64,000 nucleotides of DNA, taken from the NCBI GenBank assembly GCA_964016885.1, contig OZ024740.1, positions 183,520,001 through 183,584,000 on the forward strand, read 5' to 3'. Below the pieces are notes generated by a model. The model ran no database searches. It saw nothing but the letters and a program-made list of their open reading frames with translations, and was not told the DNA's origin. Positions 1-10,072 of the stretch are shown here, piece after piece. Within the stretch, counting starts at the first letter, position 1, and each line of letters begins with the position of its first letter. The translations under genes were made by a program, and so were the position numbers. This stretch comes from Eledone cirrhosa (Eukaryota).

Positions 1-108
1 ATATATACATATACACACACATATACACATATATATACATACACAAACACACACACACACACACACAAAAACACAACCACAGAAATACACACACACACAT
101 ACAATTAC

Positions 109-155
<47 letters not shown>

Positions 156-319
156 TAGGAAAAAGTCTGACCCCACGGCAGAGCTCAAGCCTTTTCTGAG
201 GCTATTATATATATACACACAAAACCATTATATAAAAAATACATATACACGGACAAATATACACACGCCCATACACACACATTAAATCTATATATACACA
301 CATACATACATACACATAT

Positions 320-380
<61 letters not shown>

Positions 381-555
381 TACACACATAAATACATACA
401 TATAAATATATACACACACGCGCACAAATACAACAGAAATATATAATATATACGATTATATATACATATACAGATACATACAGATATATATATACATACA
501 CACACACACATATATATACATACACATATACATATACACACACATATACATACAC

Positions 556-600
<45 letters not shown>
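1..600. repeat. (TA)n/(CA)n/(TACA)n microsatellite tract
   Basis: Direct reading; the overlapping YI/CV-rich ORFs are translation artefacts. Confidence 0.95.
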
Positions 601-603
<3 letters not shown>

Positions 604-744
604 ATTAAAATACTGGAGCGTGCTGGAGTTAAGCACCCTCTTCGTATTATAGAAATGACAGTAAAAGTTATAGCTCAATGTAATTAAACAGAGCCGAAGA
701 ATTATGAAAGTAAAACAAAGAAGCCTTCAATACATCAAAAGTCT

Positions 745-795
745 TTATTAGCCAACAATGTTTCGTCCTATTAAGGACTCATCAGGGCAATTAAA
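745..795 (-). ncRNA. Type I hammerhead ribozyme in pLTR
   Basis: Minus strand reads ttaattGCC-CTGATGA-GTCC-ttaata-GGAC-GAAAC-att-GTT-GGC-taataaa: core, stem II and stem I all present. Confidence 0.85.
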
Positions 796-2499
796 ACAAC
801 AAGAAGTATTATCGGCCAATACAAGCCGAAAACTCCGAAGAATATAGAGTGTACATACACTAAAGTATTGCAAGATTATGGGTAAAAATATATAATAAAA
901 ATCACTAAGGAGGTGTATAACATTTAGAACCATATTACAAATATAGTCCAAAGCAAAAAAAACCTAGAGCTAAACAAAGGTGGTTATATAGAGCGGGAAT
1001 TATATATAATACTATATAATATAATATAATATAATATACTTGTAACAATATTAAAATTACAATAAAAATTAAAGTGTACAATATACATATGTATATATGT
1101 ACGCACACGTACGCACATATACACATACATCAATACACATATCCATCTTTAACAGCACAAATTAAACCTTATTAAGAGTTTAAATATAAATAAGCATGAT
1201 AGGAATAAAAATAATAATAATAATAATAATACGTATATCTAATATACATGAGGTAATAATATGATATGATTATAAGTAGCACATATAATATATAATAAAC
1301 TATACAATTATATACTATATAATATAATATAATAGATAGATAATCTCCGGTTAATTTACACAAACAATATAGATGTCACAATAATACTATAATAATAATA
1401 TAATAACATATATAATATATAATATATAATGGCATGCCAGTTAACAAATCAATTCATATAGAGTTACAGAGTAAGTGAGAAAAAAATATAAATTGTACAA
1501 TACCCAAAATTATGATGGTACAAAAATATAAACATCTTACATGATATATAAAATTTAACATATCATAATGGTACATATAATCAACGGTAAGTAATAAGGA
1601 TCGATAGTACAATAACAAATACAATATAAAATAATTAACATAATATAATATATAATTACTTATAATTACAAGGTTGGTAAACAGACATATATGTGGATGA
1701 GTGAGTAAGGGCCAGACAGTAAATAGAATGCACAGTAGTATTAATAAATAAATAAATAAATAGAATCAACCGGAAATTAAAAAACAAAAACAAAAGTATA
1801 TACTTAGGTCTCACATGCAGTTAAGTAAAAACTTAGGAAACAACACCGGTAAATGACTCGAAGACCCTAATTGATAAATTAATATTAAAAATATTTAAAA
1901 TATCTAATAAGGCAATACAATATTAGCTATGGTTTAAGTAATCAACGTTTATAAACGTTAATATTTCACCACAAATTTATATATAAAGGAATGAAATTTT
2001 CTACTATCATTTACATAACGATATCTAAAAAACTGACTTAAGCAGAATTATGGTAGGCTAATAGGGACAGAAAAAAAGAAATGTATGGAGGATACAAAGG
2101 AGCATAAAATTATAGTCAATATACTATATTAAATAATAGAAAGGAGCGTAAAAGAGGGGGGGATTAAATATAATCATAATCTATTTGAAGGGGTTGACAA
2201 TAAGTTTATGTTCGCATGGGGGTGGCGTTGGGGGGGGGGTTATCCAAAGAAGAATCCAAATAAAATAAAATAAAATAAAATGAAATAAAATAAAATAATG
2301 TAAAATATCTAATCAGATATATACACATTAGGTGTTAATAGTGAAAATTTAATGCGTAAGAAGATAGATATGGTATAGTAGCCAAAAGATTATGAGAGCT
2401 AGAATAAAGAGTTGTCAAAAACCAATGATAATAATGATGATAATAATGGTGGTTAACAAAAAGAACCTAAACTAAAAAATAAGTAATGGAATATATCAG

Positions 2500-4893
2500 C
2501 TAATGGATACAATTTATACTACTAGAACCTTTAGGTTTATGATAAAAGTAAGAATTAGAAATAGCGTGGGGGCAACAAGAGAATATTTCAGACTTTCTAT
2601 TAAGTAAGGATTCGCTAGAGAAAATTATAGAGTGTGTCTCGAGGATACAGAGATTACAAAATTTAGTATGTGTAGAAAGGTTATTAGAGCGTGCTACTAA
2701 ACGCCAATTAAGGCTATATGGTATATAAGATCCCAGATATAGTGTGCTAAAGAAGTAGAATTCTTAAACTTAACATGTTTGAAATTAGAGATATGAGAAT
2801 TAAACCTAGTCTTAAAAGTGTTAGCTGTAGAGCCTATATAAGTTCTATTAGAGGAATTAGTTATAACTACGCAAGCATAGACGATGTTCTTAGAGAGGCA
2901 GTTACCGTTTAAAGGGCAGTTAGCACTCACTCTACAGTTACACTTCCGGGTGCTATTGGTTGGTTGAAGTAGTGATGCATTACACGTAGGATTGCTATTA
3001 GATAAGGTCTGTTCTGGTGGTAAGGCGTTTCCAGATCTGTTCAGACTAGTAGTATGTAGAGAGGAGAATCCATCCCTAATTTTCCTATTGTTAGTGCTAG
3101 CTAAATGAGAACTAATATTAGGGGTGGTAGAGAATGAAAGTTTAATAACATTTTTATTAAAAATACTATGGTATTTATGAGAAGGGGGGAAATTTTTCTC
3201 TAAGATAGGAAAGAAAGACCTAGGGATATTAGTTAATACTTCCTGATTATATGGCGGGTTAAAATAAGTATTTAGTCTCCTTCTATTTTTATCCTTACCG
3301 ACTCTACCGTTATCTAATATCCCACTATTAAGACTAGGGTTACTACAAGGATTAGTTAAAACCGCATTTTTAGAATCAGCCAAAATCCCATTAAGTCTCT
3401 TACTGTTTCTACCTCCAGTAGATCTACTGTCGTCTGGAATCCCATCTAAAGGATTAGGGCCAATAATAGGATCAGTAGAAGCAACATTATTAGAATTAGA
3501 TCTAGCAAAATTATCACGAATGAGTGAGCGCTCAGAGGGTTTGACTTATTTCCTAGAGGTATTATATTCCCTATTACGAGTCCCGTGGGTTAACTTATGG
3601 ATGGGTTCAGATACACATATGTAATTTTTACGGTTATTATGCTTCCTACTCCCATTCATGGCCATGTTATGTGATAATATGTTATTATTATTATAAGTAA
3701 GCGGAGACTTTCTAAGGTTACTATTATTATAATGTATTTTACTAGAGTAACCGGAATTTGCTAGGGCATTATTATAGTACTCCGCATGTTCATTAAATGT
3801 TCCTACGTCCTTAGAGAGTGTGGAAATCCTATTAGATACACCCTTAATTATAGAGCTTATCATAGATTTGGGGTGGTTAGAATTGGGACTAACATAAGAA
3901 AATATTTCATTAGGTTTATGGAAGGGTTTAAAACTATTAGTGACCAAGTCCAAAGTCACATCTAAAAAGTTGACCGCTCTATCGTTTCTATCTTTCGTGA
4001 TCGAAAGGTTATAGCTTTTAAAAAACTTATAAAGCTTCTTATTATTATGCTCGACATTGTTGGTGCTAGAGTTAATTACAAACAATGCATCATCACGATA
4101 TAGTCCGCCTTTAAGGTGCGGAAAGGTAACATATAGTTCATTTGGGAGGAACGACCCAACAAGATCAGTTACCTGGGCCGAATCACTCGAACCCATTGTA
4201 ACGTCGAAATTGTTGGGCGTGTTTTTACGGGTCCAAAATGTGTCCTCAAAATTAATAATAGTTCTACGGGCTGCTAGTATAATATCTACCTGTGATCGTG
4301 TAAAGCTGGACACTCTCATGGCCAACATTAAAGCTTTATTGAGGAGGATGGGTGAAATCAATGTGTAGTAGGCATCAATATCGAATTGGATAAACTTATT
4401 AGATTCAAGTTTATTAATCCCAGAGAACCAATCTATAACTTCCTTAGTGTTCCCCCATAGGTTAAAATTAACTTTATCCTTAACATCTGGTATAATAAGG
4501 TCAAGGATTTTTTTACTGATTATGGCTATATCGGACTCAGAAGGACAGATAAGTCTAACAGAGGGGTTACTAATGAAATCTACCTTATGATCCTTAAGTG
4601 AGAATCTCGGTTCTCGAGGGTAATATGGCTGGGTATACTTATCGAGGCCGAGGTCAGAGACTAATTTAAGACCCTCACTATTGATGTGGTTCAAATTATC
4701 AAGCGTAGTTTTTTATAATTTCTATGTAGCTCCTTATAAATAAAGTCACGGTAAGCACTGTAATCCATGGACAAGAATGGACTTATTCTCACCAAAACCC
4801 TTAACAATATGTTTAAGTCTAGACTGGAACTTATCAAATTTATTATAATTTCTATGTCTATTATTTGGCCTATACTTAATATTTTTGACAAGA
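2500..4893 (-). pseudogene. PLE reverse transcriptase + GIY-YIG endonuclease ORF, disrupted
   Basis: ORFs 4691-4891, 3546-4694 and 2697-3383 join through one frameshift and one in-frame stop; a further frameshift near 2720 leads into CNLC...LNRKSEIFSCCPH. Confidence 0.9.
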
Positions 4894-4894
4894 G

Positions 4895-5216
4895 ATTTTA
4901 TATATCATGTAACATGTTTATACTGTTGTACCATCATAATTTTGGGTATTGTACAATCTATATTTTTTTCTCACCTACTCTGTAACTCTATATGAATTGA
5001 TTTGTTAACTTGCATGACATTATATATTATATATTATATATGTTATTATATTATTATTATAGTATTATTGTGACATCTATATTGTTTGTGTAAATTAACC
5101 GGAGATTATCTATCTATTATATTATATTATATAGTATATAATTGTATAGTTTATTATATATTATATGTGCTACTTAGAATCATATCATATTATTACCTCA
5201 TGTATATTAGATATAC

Positions 5217-5248
<32 letters not shown>

Positions 5249-5747
5249 TTTATTCCTATCATGCTTATTTATATTTAAACTCTTAATAAGGTTTAATTTG
5301 TGCTGTTAAAGATGGATATGTGTATTGATGTATGTGTATATGTGCGTACGTGTGCGTACATATATACATATGTATATTGTACACTTTAATTTTTATTGTA
5401 ATTTTAATATTGTTACAAGTATATTATATTATATTATATAATATTATATATAATTCCCGCTCTATATAACCACCTTTGTTTAGCTCTAGGTTTTTTTTGC
5501 TTTGGACTATATTTGTAACATGGTTCTAAATGTTATACACCTCCTTAGTGATTTTTTTTATATATTTTTACCCATAATCTTGCAATACTTTAGTGTATGT
5601 ACACTCCATATTCTTCGGAGTTTTCGGGTTGTATTGGCCGATAATACTTCTAGTTGTTTTAATTTCCCTGATGAGTCCTTAATAGGACGAAACATTGTTG
5701 GCTAATAAAGACCTTTGATGTATTGAAGGCTTCTTTATTTTACTTTC

Positions 5748-5751
<4 letters not shown>
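4895..5751 (+). repeat. Inverted copy of the PLE 3' UTR/pLTR (702-1554)
   Basis: Reverse-complement match, also visible as mirrored spurious ORFs (1172-1363 vs 5086-5286; 748-951 vs 5502-5705). Confidence 0.95.
5657..5708 (+). ncRNA. Type I hammerhead ribozyme (inverted pLTR copy)
   Basis: tCC-CTGATGA-GTCC-ttaata-GGAC-GAAAC-att-GTT-GGc; one stem I mismatch relative to the 745 copy. Confidence 0.8.
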
Positions 5752-5828
<77 letters not shown>

Positions 5829-6002
5829 TAATTTAATATATCAACTAACATAAGCGCACAGATGCACGCCCATGCCAGCAAATACACAGGTTATGTCATA
5901 GTACCTAGGTGGTTCAATGCAGGAGAATGCAGAACAATAATATAAAGGACGTAAAATAAGAAAATATTTTTTAAAAAAAATTTTTTACTTACTTAAATTT
6001 TC

Positions 6003-6084
6003 ACTCCAACTAATTAGTTTCTGCAATGGGATAAAGACAGTTACGTAATCCAACTGTCGAGAATTCATTGCGTCATCAGGGAGT
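6003..6084 (-). ncRNA. Hammerhead ribozyme, array unit
   Basis: ACTCC-CTGATGA-c-GCAATG...GACAGTT/AACTGTC...CATTGC-a-GAAAC-TAATTA-GTT-GGAGT. Confidence 0.88.
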
Positions 6085-6564
6085 CTATTCTCAGTTAAGT
6101 CTCCAGGCAATGCGCGGACACTGGCGGCTCATATAAAAATAATAATAATTCGGTAGATCGAACAGCTTGCGAGGACTGGATTCTATGTACCGAAATTCTC
6201 ACTGCTTCAAGTCAAATGGCCGATTCTAAAGAATCAATCACGTGACACAGAGGCTAGTTAGAAGGAATGGGATGGTGAGATGACTGACGCCTACTAACAC
6301 CCCAAAAAAAAATTTTTTTTTAGAAGTGCTTTTGACAAGTTTGCTCGACAAATCAGTGATTTGGAGATAAATATAGATAATTTAATATATCAACTAACAT
6401 AAGCGCACAGATGCACGCCCATGCCAGCAAATACACAGGTTATGTCATAGTACCTAGGTGGTTCAATGCAGGAGAATGCAGAACAATAATATAAAGGACG
6501 TAAAATAAGAAAATATTTTTTTAAAAAAAATTTTAAAAAAAATTTTTTACTTACTTAAATTTTC

Positions 6565-6646
6565 ACTCCAACTAATTAGTTTCTGCAATGGGATAAAGAC
6601 AGTTACGTAATCCAACTGTCGAGAATTCATTGCGTCATCAGGGAGT
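6565..6646 (-). ncRNA. Hammerhead ribozyme, array unit
   Basis: Identical to 6003-6084. Confidence 0.88.
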
Positions 6647-7125
6647 CTATTCTCAGTTAAGTCTCCAGGCAATGCGCGGACACTGGCGGCTCATATAAAA
6701 ATAATAATAATTCGGTAGATCGAACAGCTTGCGAGGACTGGATTCTATGTACCGAAATTCTCACTGCTTCAAGTCAAATGGCCGATTCTAAAGAATCAAT
6801 CACGTGACACAGAGGCTAGTTAGAAGGAATGGGATGGTAAGATGACTGACGCCTACTAACACCCCAAAAAAAAATTTTTTTTAGAAGTGCTTTTGACAAG
6901 TTTGCTCGACAAATCAGTGATTTGGAGATAAATATAGATAATTTAATATATCAACTAACATAAGCGCACAGATGCACGCCCATGCCAGCAAATACACAGG
7001 TTATGTCATAGTACCTAGGTGGTTCAATGCAGGAGAATGCAGAACAATAATATAAAGGACGTAAAATAAGAAAATATTTTTTTAAAAAAAATTTTTAAAA
7101 AAATTTTTTACTTACTTAAATTTTC

Positions 7126-7207
7126 ACTCCAACTAATTAGTTTCTGCAATGGGATAAAGACAGTTACGTAATCCAACTGTCGAGAATTCATTGCGTCATC
7201 AGGGAGT
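7126..7207 (-). ncRNA. Hammerhead ribozyme, array unit
   Basis: Identical to 6003-6084. Confidence 0.88.
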
Positions 7208-7735
7208 CTATTCTCAGTTAAGTCTCCAGGCAATGCGCGGACACTGGCGGCTCATATAAAAATAATAATAATTCGGTAGATCGAACAGCTTGCGAGGACT
7301 GGATTCTATGTACCGAAATTCTCACTGCTTCAAGTCAAATGGCCGATTCTAAAGAATCAATCACGTGACACAGAGGCTAGTTAGAAGGAATGGGATGGTA
7401 AGATGACTGACGCCTACTAACACCCCAAAAAAAAAAAATTTTTTTTAGAAGTGCTTTTGACAAGTTTGCTCGACAAATCAGTGATTTGGAGATAAATATA
7501 GATAATTTAATATATCAACTAACATAAGCGCACAGATGCACGCCCATGCCAGCAAATACACAGGTTATGTCATAGTACCTAGGTGGTTCAATGCAGGAGA
7601 ATGCAGAACAATAATATAAAGGACGTAAAATAAGAAAATATTTTTTTATGCCAATATAATAAACAGTAAATATAAAAATCTGAAAGTCCCGCAACATAGA
7701 GGAATTGACAATTATCTATGACAGTACACACACAT

Positions 7736-7810
7736 AGAGTGTGTCCCCAAAAATGTATATGTATATTTATTAGAATGCTGTTGAAGTGTATACATTTTTG
7801 GGACACCCTG
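7736..7810. mobile_element. Tiny Tc1/mariner-type MITE
   Basis: Inverted termini gtgtccccaaaaatgtata ... tatacatttttgggacaccctg, with TA following the right end. Confidence 0.6.
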
Positions 7811-7942
7811 TATATGTATGTATACATACATGTGCGTGTGTATATATATATATAATATTAGAATATATTTAATATACCATAGTATTATTTTTATATGAGC
7901 CGCCAGTGTCCGCGCATTGCCTGGAGACTTAACTGAGAATAG

Positions 7943-8024
7943 ACTCCCTGATGACGCAATGAATTCTCGACAGTTGGATTACGTAACTGTCTTTATCCCA
8001 TTGCAGAAACTAATTAGTTGGAGT
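7943..8024 (+). ncRNA. Hammerhead ribozyme, array unit
   Basis: Stem I ACTCC/GGAGT, CTGATGA core, GAAAC-TAATTA-GTT; predicted cut at 8019/8020. Confidence 0.88.
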
Positions 8025-8493
8025 GAAAATTTAAGTAAGTAAAAATTTTTTTAAAAAAAAATATTTTCTTATTTTACGTCCTTTATATTATTGTTCTGCA
8101 TTCTCCTGCATTGAACCACCTAGGTACTATGACATAACCTGTGTATTTGCTGGCATGGGCGTGCATCTGTGCGCTTATGTTAGTTGATATATTAAATTAT
8201 CTATATTTATCTCCAAATCACTGATTTGTCGAGCAAACTTGTCAAAAGCACTTCTAAAAAAAAAATTTTTTTTTGGGGTGTTAGTAGGCGTCAGTCATCT
8301 TACCATCCCATTCCTTCTAACTAGCCTCTGTGTCACGTGATTGATTCTTTAGAATCGGCCATTTGACTTGAAGCAGTGAGAATTTCGGTACATAGAATCC
8401 AGTCCTCGCAAGCTGTTCGATCTACCGAATTATTATTATTTTTATATGAGCCGCCAGTGTCCGCGCATTGCCTGGAGACTTAACTGAGAATAG

Positions 8494-8575
8494 ACTCCCT
8501 GATGACGCAATGAATTCTCGACAGTTGGATTACGTAACTGTCTTTATCCCATTGCAGAAACTAATTAGTTGGAGT
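8494..8575 (+). ncRNA. Hammerhead ribozyme, array unit
   Basis: Identical motif; predicted cut at 8570/8571. Confidence 0.88.
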
Positions 8576-9053
8576 GAAAATTTAAGTAAGTAAAAAATTT
8601 TTTTAAAAGTTTTTTTAAAAAAATATTTTCTTATTTTACGTCCTTTATATTATTGTTCTGCATTCTCCTGCATTGAACCACCTAGGTACTATGACATAAC
8701 CTGTGTATTTGCTGGCATGGGCGTGCATCTGTGCGCTTATGTTAGTTGATATATTAAATTATCTATATTTATCTCCAAATCACTGATTTGTCGAGCAAAC
8801 TTGTCAAAAGCACTTCTAAAAAAAATTTTTTTTTGGGGTGTTAGTAGGCGTCAGTCATCTTACCATCCCATTCCTTCTAACTAGCCTCTGTGTCACGTGA
8901 TTGATTCTTTAGAATCGGCCATTTGACTTGAAGCAGTGAGAATTTCGGTACATAGAATCCAGTCCTCGCAAGCTGTTCGATCTACCGAATTATTATTATT
9001 TTTATATGAGCCGCCAGTGTCCGCGCATTGCCTGGAGACTTAACTGAGAATAG

Positions 9054-9135
9054 ACTCCCTGATGACGCAATGAATTCTCGACAGTTGGATTACGTAACTG
9101 TCTTTATCCCATTGCAGAAACTAATTAGTTGGAGT
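9054..9135 (+). ncRNA. Hammerhead ribozyme, array unit
   Basis: Identical motif; predicted cut at 9130/9131. Confidence 0.88.
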
Positions 9136-9203
9136 GAAAATTTAAGTAAGTAAAAAATTTTTTTTAAAATTTTTTTTAAAAAAATATTTTCTTATTTTAC
9201 GTC

Positions 9204-9242
<39 letters not shown>

Positions 9243-9279
9243 CATATACATATATACACATATACATACATATACGCAA

Positions 9280-10062
9280 TACAAAAAAAATTAATATCTA
9301 AAAATAAAAAAAAATGTTTGGTATGTGAAGGGTAAGGCAAAAAAATAGGGGGGAAAAGAGGGGGAAATAAATGACATAGCAAATGGTTTAAATATAAGGG
9401 GAGATAAGGGAGAAAGAGAATACAAGAGTACAGAACGTGGATTCAGCAGGTAAAAAAAAACGTAGTGGAAGTAAAGAGCAGAGAAGGAGTTCAAGGTGGT
9501 TGAGTTATCATAGGAATGTCAATCCAGTTACAGATCAGATGTGATTTCAGATGAGGACAACATCTGAAGATCTTTGTCTTTGAGTTCAGGCAAGCAGAAG
9601 TGGCTTTCAAGTTTAGCAAAATCCTATATTTTTTTGTGGTACACAAAGAACAATTCTTTGTGCCCCATTGGTACTTCCTCGAATGGTCTAAAATAGACCA
9701 ATCGATAGAGTACGGGATGTTTTTATCCTTGAATTCCCACACCTTACTTGCGAGGGCCGTTGTTGTTCGTTTATCGGAGTGCTTAAAAGAAGCGACATCT
9801 GCATAAACCTGGTTTTAAACCTGTCCTGGGTCATGCCAACATATCGCTCACTCCTAGCTGGCAGGTTGTTGATTAAAGGTGTCAATTTAGCCTCATAAAC
9901 AACAGATTTGATGTTACATTTGCCCTGCAATGGGCATTCATTCGGCTTCCTGCAACTGCATCCTGGATTTGTTCTCGTATGATTTGAATTAGTGATCTTG
10001 GACCTCATTGATGGGCAACAAGAGTAAATGATCTTAACTAAATTTCTATTAAATATCTTATA
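9280..10062 (-). mobile_element. PLE 3' fragment (Naiad-like GIY-YIG domain + 3' UTR)
   Basis: CSCRKPNECPLQGKC..VVYEA..YVGMT..FKTRF; WSIL..CSLC..LNSK..CCPH; frameshifted. Confidence 0.85.
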
Positions 10063-10072
10063 ATATCTATGA

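Larger units (their letters stand above)
601..5751 (-). mobile_element. Penelope-like element (Naiad-like), 5'-truncated, with long 3' UTR/pLTR and an inverted pLTR copy at its 5' end
   Basis: RT motifs FDVTMGSSDSAQVTDLVG, GLYRDD and FLDVTLDL; GIY-YIG (IVYAC...YIGST) preceded by C-x-C-x5-CPL; 702-1554 is repeated inverted at 4895-5751; flanked by (TA)n. Confidence 0.9.
5827..7648 (-). mobile_element. Retrozyme-like tandem array, left arm (3 full units of 549-564 bp plus a partial unit)
   Basis: Units start at 5827, 6376, 6937 and 7501, are near-identical and non-coding, and each full unit has a hammerhead on the minus strand. Confidence 0.85.
7883..9207 (+). mobile_element. Retrozyme-like tandem array, right arm (inverted relative to the left arm, about 2.4 units)
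   Basis: Reverse complement of the 5827-7648 unit; three hammerheads; runs out into (TA)n. Confidence 0.85.

Noticed and set aside
185-678. Long ORFs rich in YI/CV/HT (also near 22700, 28400, 36000, 37700, 44570, 49600)
   Set aside because: These are translations of dinucleotide microsatellites.
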